DNA of 64,000 nt from an uncultured Candidatus Rokubacteria bacterium (lineage in GTDB: Bacteria; Methylomirabilota; Methylomirabilia; Rokubacteriales; CSP1-6). The notes beneath the pieces were generated by a model. That model saw nothing but the letters and a program-made list of their open reading frames with translations, had not been told where the DNA came from and did no database searches. Shown here one piece after another: positions 1 to 9,274 of this stretch. The stretch is from the NCBI GenBank assembly GCA_963789955.1, contig CAWBMV010000034.1, positions 768,001 through 832,000 on the forward strand, written 5' to 3'. Position 1 is the first letter of the stretch. Each line of letters opens with the position of its first letter. A program made the position numbers and the translations under genes.

Positions 1-998
1 GTATTGTTCGGGCGCTTGCCGCCGAGCTCGATGATCCCGCTCGAGACGTAGGCGCCGCCCTCGCCTTTCTTGCAGAAGCCGTACTCCTCGAGCTGCAGCA
101 TCGTGGTGAAGGTGAAGGCGTCGTAGGAGCCGGTGACGTGGACGTCCTCGGGCCGGATGCCGGCCTGCGGGAAGACGATGTCCTTCGCGTAGTAGCCGGC
201 CACCCGCGAGATGGGGCCGTACGCCCAGTGAAAATCGAGCCGCGGCTTCGACACGCGGCCGGCCACGCCCATGATGTAGACCGGGCGGTGCCGCAGATTC
301 CGCGCGCGCTCGGCCGACGTGACGATGATGCACGTCGCGTTGTCGGTCTCGAGGCAGCAGTCGAGCAGGTGGAGCGGCTTGACGATCCAGCGCGAGGCCA
401 GCACGTCCTGCACCGTCACGCGCTGCTTCAGGAGCGCCTTCGGGTTCTGCGAGGCGTGCTTGCTGTGCGCGACCCGCACGTGGGCGACCTGCTCGGAGGT
501 CGTCCCGTACTCGTACATGTGGCGCATGAAGGTCGGCGCGAAGTTCTGGCCGGCGCTGCGCATCCCGTACGGCACCTGCGCCAGATCGAGGCCGCGAACC
601 GGCTGGGCGGCGCGCGCGCCGGTGCCGCCGATGCGGAACTCCGAGTAGCCGTTCATCGAGCGGTAGATCGCGACGGTGTTGCACATACCCGCCTCGATCG
701 CGCCCATCGCGAGCCCGACCAGCGCCTCGGTGGACGAGCCGCCGCCCATCACGTCCATGTAGAAGTTGAAGCGGATGCCGAGGTCGGAGGCGACGCTGTT
801 GGCCAAGGTCGAGTCGCCGCCCTGGTAGTCGAGCATTCCGTCGACGTCGGCGGCCTTGAGCCCGGCGTCGAGGATCGCCTTGCGAATCGCCTCGACGGCC
901 ATGGCGCGCGTCGTCCGCGCCGAGGCGCGCGAGTACTCCGTTTCTCCGACGCCGACGATGCAGTACTTGTCACGAAGCCCACGACTCTGGACGAGCAT
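1..998 (-). CDS. Thiolase family protein (SCP-x/lipid-transfer type), runs off the window at its 3' end
   Basis: Manual translation from ATG 998 (RBS GAGGAGG): MLVQSRGLRDKYCIVGVGETEY...GGGSS...HMYEYGTTSEQVA...LHLLDCCLETDNA...YDAFTFTTMLQLEEYGFCKKGEGG...NT. Not in the ORF track because there is no stop inside the window. Confidence 0.85.
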   Translation of the reverse strand, partial: MLVQSRGLRDKYCIVGVGETEYSRASARTTRAMAVEAIRKAILDAGLKAADVDGMLDYQGGDSTLANSVASDLGIRFNFYMDVMGGGSSTEALVGLAMGAIEAGMCNTVAIYRSMNGYSEFRIGGTGARAAQPVRGLDLAQVPYGMRSAGQNFAPTFMRHMYEYGTTSEQVAHVRVAHSKHASQNPKALLKQRVTVQDVLASRWIVKPLHLLDCCLETDNATCIIVTSAERARNLRHRPVYIMGVAGRVSKPRLDFHWAYGPISRVAGYYAKDIVFPQAGIRPEDVHVTGSYDAFTFTTMLQLEEYGFCKKGEGGAYVSSGIIELGGKRPNN

Positions 999-1200
999 CT
1001 CTCGGGTGCCTCCTCAATTCATGACGCGCCTCCGGCGGGGCCCCAGCCCGCGACGGCCTGCGGCGCGCACGACGCTGATTCGGGGAGCTGCGCCTTCTCG
1101 ACCGTGATTCGACGGCCGCGAGATGCTACCACTTTGCCGCCGACCGTGTCATGGCGGGGTGCAGCGGCGCTGCTGCGCCGGGGCTTCGCCGGCTGGCGGG

Positions 1201-1728
1201 CTACCGGGTGGGATCCCGGTCGGGCTCTTTGTTCAGGCGGGAGTGAAGGTCGGTCACGATCTCGATCGCGTGGCTGATCCCGGCATCGAGCTCGGCGAGC
1301 TCTTTCCGAGCGCGGTCGATCTCGGCGCGCAGCCGCTCGTTTTCCTGCTGGAGCCGCTCGTGCTCCTCGAGCGCGCTGCGCACGGCGTTCACGCCGCGCT
1401 GCATCGACTCGACCCACTGGCGCGCCTCGTTCGCCGGGGCCGGAACCGGAACTGCGGCCGCGGCCGACGAAGCGCTCGAGGCCGACGAAGCGGTCACGAC
1501 CGCGAGAGACGTGGCGCGGAGCTGCTCGTCCACTTCGGGCCGCGAGCGCCGGTCTACCCGGCGCCGCTCCGCCGCCGCCGGGAGCGCTCGCCGCCGGCGC
1601 GGCGTGAGCCGACGATCCAGCACGACCGTCACGTTCGGGTCGTCGGCGAACCGCGTGCTCAGATAGTCGTAGAGCTCAGGATGGCGGCGGGCGACGATGA
1701 ACATCTGGGTCGAGGCGGCGCGGTCCAA
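1201..1728 (-). CDS. Hypothetical protein with a VVLDRR/ERRxxDRR domain and a C-terminal coiled coil
   Basis: 175 aa ORF directly after uvrA; alternative ATG at 1704 (MFIVARRHPELYDYL); heptad-like C-terminus. Confidence 0.65.
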   Translation of the reverse strand: MDRAASTQMFIVARRHPELYDYLSTRFADDPNVTVVLDRRLTPRRRRALPAAAERRRVDRRSRPEVDEQLRATSLAVVTASSASSASSAAAAVPVPAPANEARQWVESMQRGVNAVRSALEEHERLQQENERLRAEIDRARKELAELDAGISHAIEIVTDLHSRLNKEPDRDPTR

Positions 1729-1736
1729 GACGCGGC

Positions 1737-4521
1737 TCAGTGGCCGTTCTTGCCGTTGGGCCGCGGTAGGAGCTCGGCCAGAAACTTGCCGGTATACGAG
1801 CCGGGTGTTTGCGCGATCGTCTCCGGAGGCCCCTCGGCGACGATCTCACCGCCGTCCTCTCCGCCCTCGGGCCCGAGGTCGATGACGTAGTCGGCCGACT
1901 TGATGACGTCGAGGTGATGCTCGACCACGAGGACCGTGTTGCCCGCGTCGACCAGCCGGTTGAGCACGCCCAGGAGCTTCTTGACGTCGTCCAGGTGTAG
2001 CCCGGTCGTCGGCTCGTCCAGAATGTAGAGCATCTCGCCGGTCGCGCGGGCACCGAGCTCTGCCGCGATCTTGAGGCGCTGCGCTTCGCCGCCCGACAAC
2101 GTGGTCGCCGCCTGCCCGAGCCGGAGATAGCCGAGCCCGACCGCCTGGAGGGTTTGCAGCCGTCGCGCCAGACTCGTCTGCGCGGCGAAGAAGTCGACGG
2201 CCTCGTCGACGGTCATCTGGAGCACGTCACTGATGCTTCGGCCGCGAAGCTTCACGCCGAGCACGTCGGGCCGGTAGCGCCGCCCCTCGCACTCCTGGCA
2301 GGCGACGTACACATCCTCGAAGAAGTACATCTCGAGCTTCTGGAAGCCGTCGCCCTGGCACGACTCGCAGCGGCCGCCCTGGACGTTGAACGAGAACGCG
2401 CCCGAGTCGAGCCCGAGCGCCTTGGCCCGCGGAAGCGCCGCGAAGAGCTTGCGAATCTCGTCGAACGCCTTCACGTAGGTGATCGGGTTCGACCGCGGCG
2501 TACGCCCGATCGGCTCCTGATCGATCAGCCGGACGCCCTTGATGTACTCGATGCCCGGTCAGGGTGTCGTACTCGCCGGGCGGCGCGAACTCGGTCTTGA
2601 AGACGCGCGCGACCGCGCGATAGAGCGTGTCGTGGATGAGGGTCGACTTGCCGGAGCCCGACACGCCCGACACGGCGGTCAAGGTGTGCAGCGGCACGCG
2701 GACCGTGACGTCCTTGAGATTGTGCTGGCGCGCGCCGGCCAGAGTCAGCACGCGCCGGCCGCTCCGCCGAAACGGGGGCACCGGGATCGACTCGCGCCCG
2801 GACACGTAGCGCGCGGTGAGCGAGTGCGTCGCCTTCTGGAACTCGGCCTGTGACCCGTTGAACACGATCTCGCCGCCGCGCTCGCCGGAGCCCGGGCCGA
2901 GCTCGACGATGTGATCCGCCGACGCGATGAACTCGCGGTCGTGCTCGACCACCACGACCGTGTTCCCGGCCTGGGCGAGCTCCCGGCAGAGGTCGGTGAG
3001 TCGCGCGGTGTCGCGCGCGTGCAGTCCGATGGACGGCTCGTCCAGGACGTACAAGGTCCCGACGAGCTGCGAGCCGAGCTGATTCGCCAGGTTGATCCGC
3101 TGCGCCTCGCCGCCCGACAGGGTGCGCGTCTGGCGGGAGAGCGTGAGATAGCCGAGGCCGACGCGCAGGAGGAACGTGAGCTTCGCGTTCAGCTGGCGCA
3201 GGATCTCGCGGGCGACGACGGACTCCCACGCGGTGAGCCGGAGGTCGCTCAGCAGCCGGGCGGCCGCGTCGATCGTGAGCACGGAAAACTCGGCGATCGT
3301 GAGGCCGGCGACGCGGACCGCGAGCGCGGCCGGCTTGAGCCGAGCGCCGTGGCAGACGCGACAGATGGACTGGCTGCGATAGCGCGAGAGGAAGACGCGG
3401 ACGTGGAGCTTGTAGCGGTACGACTCGACCTCCTCGAAGAACCCGTGGATGCCCGGGAAGCTTCCGTCGCCGCCGTAGACGAACTCGCGCGTCGCGGCCG
3501 GGAGCTTCTCCCAGGGCGTGCCGGTGTCGACCTTGAGGCGCCGGGCCGCCTTCATCAGCTCGCGCTGGTACCACTTGCCGGATGGATGCGTCCACGGCTC
3601 CACCGCGCCATCGGCGAGGCTCAAGGTTCGGTCGGGCACCACGCGAGCCTCGTCGTACTTGAGCACGTTGCCGAATCCCTTGCACTCCGGACACGCGCCG
3701 AGCGGGTGGTTGAACGAGAACAGGAGCGGCTGCGGGCGCTCGAGCGCGGCGCCGCAGCCGCTGCACCGGAAGTCTTCGCCGAATTCCCGGGTCGCTCCGC
3801 CGACGATCTCCACCGTGACCCGGCCGCCGCCCTCGCGCAGCGCGGACTCGACCGATTCGACGATGCGGGCGCGCTGGGCGGCCTCGAGCACCACGCGGTC
3901 GAGGACGACCGCGATCGCCTTCCGGTCGCCGAAATCGGCCGGCGGCGCGCCGGCGACGTCGAGGATGTCGCCGGCGATCCGGACACGGGCGAAGCCGCGG
4001 CGCGTGAGATTCGCCCACAGCTCGGCGGGCGGCAGGCCGGCCGGGACGGCGAGCGGGAAGGTGATCATCGCGCGCGCGCCCGGGTGCGCGTCGAGCAGCG
4101 CGTTCACGATCGACTCGGGCGAGTGGGAGACCGCCGGCGCGCCGCACGCGGGACAGTGGACGCGGCCGATCTTCGCGTAGAGCAGCCGCAGGTAGTCGTA
4201 GATCTCGGTCGCGGTGCCGACGGTCGAGCGTGCGGTGCGGACCGGATTCTTCTGCTCCAGCGCGACGGCCGGACGGATCTGCTCGATCTTGTCCACGTCG
4301 GGCCGGTCGACCCGGTCGAGGAACATTCGAGCGTACGTGGACAGTGATTCGATGTAGCGCCACTGCCCCTCGGCGAAGAGCGTGTCGAAGGCGAGGGAGG
4401 ACTTGCCGGAGCCGGATACTCCGGTCACGACCGTGAGACGGTCGTGCGGGATCTCGAGCGAAACGTTCTTGAGATTGTTCTGTCGGGCTCCCTGAATCCG
4501 AAGCCCGGGGGGCCGAGCCAT
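1737..4521 (-). CDS. uvrA: Excinuclease ABC subunit A (UvrA), one frameshift near 2555
   Basis: [29 protein letters not shown], zinc fingers, LSGGEAQR twice, second Walker [19 protein letters not shown]. Removing one base near 2555 joins the two ORFs. Confidence 0.93.
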
Positions 4522-4586
4522 TCGAACGGTCCTCCTGAGGTGGGTAGTCTACTGGAAGTCCTGTGACCGCGCCAGATGCCCGACCC

Positions 4587-4650
4587 TTGACACGCGCCGT
4601 CGGAGGTGTGTACGCTTCGGCTCGAGTCGTAATTGATAATGATTCCTAAC
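4587..4650 (+). promoter_or_regulatory. Sigma70-like promoter plus AT-rich Fur/PerR-like box over the regulator start
   Basis: TTGACA-18nt-TACGCT (4587-4616), then AATTGATAATGATTCCTAA, which resembles the Fur box half GATAATGAT, in a GC-rich background. Confidence 0.5.
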
Positions 4651-5112
4651 AAGACGATCGACACGCTGCGCGACCGCGGGCTCCGGCTGACGCGGCCCCG
4701 GCGGATCATCCTCGACGTGGTCCGCGCGACCGACGCCCATCCGACCGCGGCGTTCGTGTACCGGCGGGTCCGGCGCCGCCTGCCGCGCGTGAGCCTCGCG
4801 ACGGTCTACCGCAATCTCCGGATGCTGGCCGCCGAGGGGTTCCTGGCGGAGCGCGCCGACGAGGCCGGCATGCGCTTCGACGGCAACACCGGCCCGCACG
4901 ATCACTTCACGTGTCTGACGTGCGGCCGGATCTACGACGTTCCGGCGCCCGCCCAGCGGGGCGCGCGCCGCCGGCTGCCGGCGCGCGCCGGCTTCGAGGT
5001 CCTCGATCACCGGACCGAGTACTACGGCCGCTGCGGCGCGTGCCGCCGGCCGCGCGGCGGATCATCACTCACCCGACGAAGGAGGAGACATGGCAAGCCT
5101 CAAGGGCACTAA
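4633..5112 (+). CDS. perR: Fur family transcriptional regulator (PerR-like)
   Basis: GLRLTRPRRIIL, HPTA, SLATVYRNL, HDHFTCLTCG, YYGRCGAC; sits upstream of rubrerythrin. Confidence 0.85.
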   Translation: MIMIPNKTIDTLRDRGLRLTRPRRIILDVVRATDAHPTAAFVYRRVRRRLPRVSLATVYRNLRMLAAEGFLAERADEAGMRFDGNTGPHDHFTCLTCGRIYDVPAPAQRGARRRLPARAGFEVLDHRTEYYGRCGACRRPRGGSSLTRRRRRHGKPQGH

Positions 5113-5533
5113 GAGCTTCGAGAATCTCAAAGACGCGTTCGCCGGCGAGTCGCAGGCGAACCGGCGGTATCTCTACTTCGCGCGCGTCGCGGACATCGAG
5201 GGCTTCCCGGACATCGCGGGCCTCTTCAAGGACACCGCGGACGCCGAGACCGGCCACGCCTTCGGTCATCTGGACTTCTTGAAGGAAGTCGGCGATCCCG
5301 CGACGGGCGAGCCGATCGGAAAGACCGAGAAGAACCTGAAGGCCGCGGTCGCCGGTGAGACCTACGAGTACACGCAGATGTACCCGGGGATGGCCAAGAC
5401 CGCGCGCACCGAGGGCTTCGGCGAGCTCGCGGAGTGGTTCGAGACGCTCGCCAAGGCGGAGAAGTCGCACGCGGGCCGGTTCAACAAAGGCCTGCAGCAG
5501 ATCGCCGGGAAGGATCCCGCCGAGGCGATTTAG
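5090..5533 (+). CDS. rbr: Rubrerythrin, short form without rubredoxin domain
   Basis: [45 protein letters not shown] di-iron motifs; RBS GGAGGAG. Confidence 0.92.
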   Translation: MASLKGTKSFENLKDAFAGESQANRRYLYFARVADIEGFPDIAGLFKDTADAETGHAFGHLDFLKEVGDPATGEPIGKTEKNLKAAVAGETYEYTQMYPGMAKTARTEGFGELAEWFETLAKAEKSHAGRFNKGLQQIAGKDPAEAI

Positions 5534-5538
5534 CTACG

Positions 5539-5706
5539 ACAGGCGCGCGGTGGGAGGGGCAGCGGGAGGGGTCGCCGGACCACGCGGCGCACTTTCGCTG
5601 CCCCGCGGCGGCTGGGCTCCATCTGGGCACACGGCGTCCGTATCGTCGCGGCGCGGGAACGGGTCCGGTCGACCCCTCCCGCTGCCCCTGCCCACCGCGC
5701 GCCTGT
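5539..5706. repeat. Long imperfect inverted repeat (arms about 43-45 bp, spacer about 80 nt)
   Basis: 5539-5581 ACAGGCGCGCGGTGGGAGGGGCAGCGGGAGGGGTCGCCGGACC is the reverse complement of 5662-5706 apart from two 1-nt indels. Confidence 0.9.
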
Positions 5707-5771
5707 GCGATCGCTAAACGCGTAGGCTGGCTCTCCACGAGATCTGCGTTAGGGCATACGGACCGACCTGC

Positions 5772-7067
5772 ATGGGAACGCTCGATATGAAGTCTCCGGA
5801 GTTTTGGGAGCTCGGCGCGGTTGATAAGGAGCTGCGGCGGGTCTACGACATTTGTGGTGGGTGTCGGCGGTGTTTGCCGCTGTGTCCGTCGTTCAAGGTG
5901 CTGTTCGATCGGATGGACGTCGAGGCGGTCGACGGCGACGTCGACAAGCTGCCGGCCCGCGACGTCAAGGAAGTGGTCGATCTCTGCTATCAGTGCAAGC
6001 TCTGTTTCAATCACTGTCCGTACACGCCGCCGCACCGGTGGGAGGTCGACTTTCCGCGGCTGATGCTGCGCGCGCGCGCCGCGCAGGCGCGCCAGACCGG
6101 CGTCAGCCTGCAAGATCGGATGCTCGGCAACGCCGACCTCGTCGGCAAGCTCGGCAGCCTCGCCGCGCCGCTGTCCAACTGGATGAACGAGCTCGGCGTG
6201 CATCGTGCCTTCATGCAAGCCGTCGTCGGCATCCACCGGCAGCGGAACTTGCCGAAGTTCGCCCGCCGGACGTTCTCGGCCTGGTTCAAGGGGCGCCGGC
6301 ACTCGCCGAACGCCCCGGCGAAGGCCCCCGCCGGTGGCGCGGGGCCGTCGGCGCGCAAGGTCGCGCTGTTCGCGACGTGCAGCGTCGAATACTACGACAC
6401 TGCGACGGGCCGCGCGGCGGTGAACGTGCTCGAGCGGAACCGGATCGACGTGAGCCTGCCCGAGCAGCGGTGCTGCGGCATGCCGTATCTCGACGGCGGC
6501 GCGGTGGACGAGGCCAAGGCGCTGATCCGGGAGAACGTGGCGAGCCTGGCGGCGGCGGTTCGCGAGGGGCGTGAGATCGTGGTGCCCGGGCCGACGTGCA
6601 GCTACATGCTCAAGCAGGAATACCCGTGGCTCGACGGCTCGGCGGACGCCAGGCTCGTGGCCGCGAACACGCGGGACATCTTCGAGTATCTCGCGAAGCT
6701 GCACGCCGCCGGCGAGCTCGACACGAACTTCACGAAGCCGGTCGGCGCCGTGACGTACCACGTGCCCTGTCACCTGCGGGCGCAGAACATCGGTCACAAG
6801 TCGGCCGACGTGCTGCGCGCGATTCCCGGCGCGTCGGTCGACGTGGTCGAGAAATGCTCGGCGGTGGACGGCACCTGGGGGTTCAAGAAGGAATACTACG
6901 AGCTCTCGATGAAGCTCGCCAAGCCGCTGTTCGACGCGGTGACGACGGGCGGGCCCGTGGCCGCGACGGACTGCCCGCTGGCGGCGCTTCAGATCCAGCA
7001 GGGAACCGGTCGGAAGCCGAAGCACCCGGTCGAGGTCCTCGCGGCGGCCTACGGGTTCGAGGAGTGA
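5772..7067 (+). CDS. Fe-S oxidoreductase (GlpC/HdrD-like, CCG domains), rubrerythrin-associated
   Basis: CGGCRRCLPLCP and CYQCKLCFNHCP 4Fe-4S motifs; CCGMP; YHVPCHLR; TDCPLA. Confidence 0.88.
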   Translation: MGTLDMKSPEFWELGAVDKELRRVYDICGGCRRCLPLCPSFKVLFDRMDVEAVDGDVDKLPARDVKEVVDLCYQCKLCFNHCPYTPPHRWEVDFPRLMLRARAAQARQTGVSLQDRMLGNADLVGKLGSLAAPLSNWMNELGVHRAFMQAVVGIHRQRNLPKFARRTFSAWFKGRRHSPNAPAKAPAGGAGPSARKVALFATCSVEYYDTATGRAAVNVLERNRIDVSLPEQRCCGMPYLDGGAVDEAKALIRENVASLAAAVREGREIVVPGPTCSYMLKQEYPWLDGSADARLVAANTRDIFEYLAKLHAAGELDTNFTKPVGAVTYHVPCHLRAQNIGHKSADVLRAIPGASVDVVEKCSAVDGTWGFKKEYYELSMKLAKPLFDAVTTGGPVAATDCPLAALQIQQGTGRKPKHPVEVLAAAYGFEE

Positions 7068-7071
7068 CGGG

Positions 7072-7653
7072 ATGAAGCTGCTGGAGCTGTCCGAGATCCT
7101 GAATCTGGTCGAGTACGAAAAGGTCCGCGCGACGCGCCGGCGCGAGATCGTCGCGCTGAAGCAGGCGCGGCGAGTGTCGGTGGGCCGCTACCTCACGTTC
7201 GTGTTCGAGAACCGCGCGACGGTCTGGTTCCAGATCCAGGAGATGGTGCGGGCCGAGCGCATCGTCGACGAGTCGAAGATCGCCGAGGAAGTCGAGGTCT
7301 ACAACGGACTCTTGCCGCGGCCGGGTGAGCTGGCGGCGACCTTGATGATCGAGATCGCCGAGGCGTCCGAGATCAAGCCGGTGCTCGACCGCCTGCTCGG
7401 CATCGACACGCGCGACTACGTGAAGCTGACCGTCGGTCCCCACGTGATCGTGGGCGAGTTCGAGAGCGGCCACTCGGACGAAGAGCGCGGCAAGCTGAGC
7501 GCCGTGCACTTCGTGCGCTTCGCGCTGCCGCCGGACGCGCGCGCGCAGTTCGCCTCCAGCGAGGTCGCGCTGGTCGTCGAGCATCCGAACGAGCGCGCCC
7601 GCACCGTGCTCTCGGACGAGACGAAGCGGAGCCTGCGGGACGACCTGGCGTGA
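7072..7653 (+). CDS. DUF3501 family protein
   Basis: FENRATVWFQIQEMVRAER, YNGLLP..GELAATLMIE, KLSAVHFVRF; conserved neighbour of the rbr-FeS oxidoreductase pair. Confidence 0.85.
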   Translation: MKLLELSEILNLVEYEKVRATRRREIVALKQARRVSVGRYLTFVFENRATVWFQIQEMVRAERIVDESKIAEEVEVYNGLLPRPGELAATLMIEIAEASEIKPVLDRLLGIDTRDYVKLTVGPHVIVGEFESGHSDEERGKLSAVHFVRFALPPDARAQFASSEVALVVEHPNERARTVLSDETKRSLRDDLA

Positions 7654-7965
7654 GGGGCGCGCCGCTGGCGTGGCTCGCGCTGGCCGTCGCGGTGGCGGGC
7701 TGCTCCGACGCGGGCCTCTCGCCGCTCGCCGAGCGGGGACGTCAGACCTATCTGGCCCATTGCGTCGCCTGCCACAACACCGATCCGGCGCAAGCCGGGC
7801 CCGGTCGGTCCGGCGCTCAAGGGCTCGTCGCGCGAGCTCCTCGAAGCGAAAGTGCTGAAGGGATCGTACCCGCCCGGCTACACGCCGAAGCGGCCGACGA
7901 CGGTGATGGTGCCGATCCCGGCGGTCGCGCCGGAGATCCCCGCGCTCGCCGAATATCTGCGCTGA
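7650..7965 (+). CDS. Small c-type cytochrome lipoprotein (frameshift near 7800)
   Basis: Lipobox VAGC, CVACH heme motif; continues in a second frame GPALKGSSRELLEAKVL...VMVPIP...EYLR*; GTGA overlap with DUF3501. Confidence 0.75.
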
Positions 7966-8006
7966 CGGTCGTGCGCGCTGGGGTCCGCCGGCCGAGAGCG
8001 ATGTCA

Positions 8007-8035
8007 AAGGCCCGGCGGGGTCCCCGCCGGGCCTT
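8007..8035. terminator. Hairpin between convergent genes, likely a bidirectional terminator
   Basis: Perfect 14-bp inverted repeat AAGGCCCGGCGGGG-T-CCCCGCCGGGCCTT. Confidence 0.7.
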
Positions 8036-8055
8036 CACGTCGAGCGTGCTTCCGA

Positions 8056-8778
8056 TCAGCCGCCGAAGATGATCTTGAGCGCGATCGCCAGGATCGCGGT
8101 GATCACGAAGCCCGCCCAGAGCGTGCCTTTGACCGTGCTGAGGAGCTTCTTGCCCGCGCTCGCCTTGTCCGGTGTGGCGGGGCCGATCACGGCGTTGCCC
8201 TCGACGATGGCGAGGACGATCAGGAAGACGACGAGCATGGTGATCTTCGCCGGCCGCGCCGTCGGCGTGAAGAAACCGAAGTGGCTCGCCGCGCCCATGA
8301 AGAACAGCATCGGGATCGACAGCAGGGTGTTCGTGCGAGAGGCGACGCCGCCGCGGGCTCCGCGCGCCGCCGCCTCGGGGATCGCCTGGCCGCCTTCCTT
8401 CACCCGGGCCGTCGACGCCATCACGACCTGCTGCGCCGGCCAGATGATGAACCAGACGTTGAACCACATCACGGTGCCCATGGCGCCACCCATGGCGATC
8501 GCCCAGCCGTACGGTTGATTGAAGAAGCCAAGGAACCCGAACTGGGCCCACTTGTGCAGCAGGTACAGGCCGCCGGTGGCGAAGGTCAGCATCGCGCCCC
8601 AGCGGAACCACCAGAGCGCTCGACTGACGAGCCCACCCGCGATCATGCCGGTCCTCACCGGCGGCTCGGCCCCAGCGAAGAACGGGACCTGTACGAAGTT
8701 GAAGTAGTACAACATCCCGATCCAGGTGATGCCGGCCAGAAGGTGAAACCAGCGCAGTAGGAACAGCCAAGCATCCAT
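8056..8778 (-). CDS. PuuD-like (urate hydroxylase N-terminal/DUF989) membrane protein
   Basis: LLRWFHLLAGITWIGMLYYFNF, LWWFRWGA, MWFNVWFIIWPAQQ, SRTNTLLSIPMLFFM; no CxxCH domain. Confidence 0.75.
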   Translation of the reverse strand: MDAWLFLLRWFHLLAGITWIGMLYYFNFVQVPFFAGAEPPVRTGMIAGGLVSRALWWFRWGAMLTFATGGLYLLHKWAQFGFLGFFNQPYGWAIAMGGAMGTVMWFNVWFIIWPAQQVVMASTARVKEGGQAIPEAAARGARGGVASRTNTLLSIPMLFFMGAASHFGFFTPTARPAKITMLVVFLIVLAIVEGNAVIGPATPDKASAGKKLLSTVKGTLWAGFVITAILAIALKIIFGG

Positions 8779-8813
8779 TCTTGCCGCCTCCTCGTCGCGT
8801 GGTGGGCTACCGG

Positions 8814-9086
8814 CTACGGCTCCTCGTCTTCCTCTTCTTCCTCCTCGGCGTCGTCCTCGACGACGTCGTCGGCGTCGTCTTCGTCGAGCTCGTCGAGATC
8901 GTCGTCGTCTAGGTCGTCGTCATCGAGATCGTCATCCTCGAAGTCGTCATCATCGTCGAAGTCGTCGTCGTCGTCCTCGGTGTCCTCGTCGTCGTCCGGT
9001 TCTTCGGCTTCGTCGGTGCCGTCGCCCTCGGCGGTATCCTGGCGTAGCTCGGCGTCATCGTCCCACGGGTGTTTCCGAAACTGCAT
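8814..9086 (-). CDS. Small hyper-acidic protein (90 aa, about two-thirds D/E)
   Basis: ATG 9086 with RBS GGAGGAG; extended -10 TGcTATAAT at about 9120-9128; mixed GAC/GAT/GAG/GAA codons. Confidence 0.7.
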   Translation of the reverse strand: MQFRKHPWDDDAELRQDTAEGDGTDEAEEPDDDEDTEDDDDDFDDDDDFEDDDLDDDDLDDDDLDELDEDDADDVVEDDAEEEEEEDEEP

Positions 9087-9193
9087 GTGAAGACTCCTCC
9101 GGATGAATTGTCCGGGCGGATTATAGCAAAACGTCTTCCCCGTCAATTCGCGGTAGAATTCCGTTCTGCGTCGGTGCTCGAGTTCCCCGGATC

Positions 9194-9268
9194 GGCGGTG
9201 TAGCTCAGCGGCAGAGCAGGGGTCTCATAAGCCCCGTGTCGGAGGTTCAATTCCTCCCACCGCCACCA
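9194..9268 (+). tRNA. tRNA with CAT anticodon (elongator tRNA-Met most likely)
   Basis: Acceptor stem GGCGGTG/CACCGCC, D arm GCTC..GAGC, anticodon arm GGGGT-CTCATAA-GCCCC, T loop GGTTCAATTCC, encoded CCA; G1-C72 is paired, so not the initiator. Confidence 0.93.
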
Positions 9269-9274
9269 ACTCAC

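Noticed and set aside
8814..9086. Acidic ORF as the missing Pup, or as a CRISPR/tandem-repeat array
   Set aside because: It ends EEP rather than GGE/GGQ. The repetitiveness is codon-level, with no repeat-spacer structure.
9194..9268. tRNA as an integration site, or as tRNA-Ile2 linked to tilS
   Set aside because: No integrase or duplicated tRNA 3' end was seen. G4/G5 in the acceptor stem fits elongator Met better than Ile2, though this is not certain.
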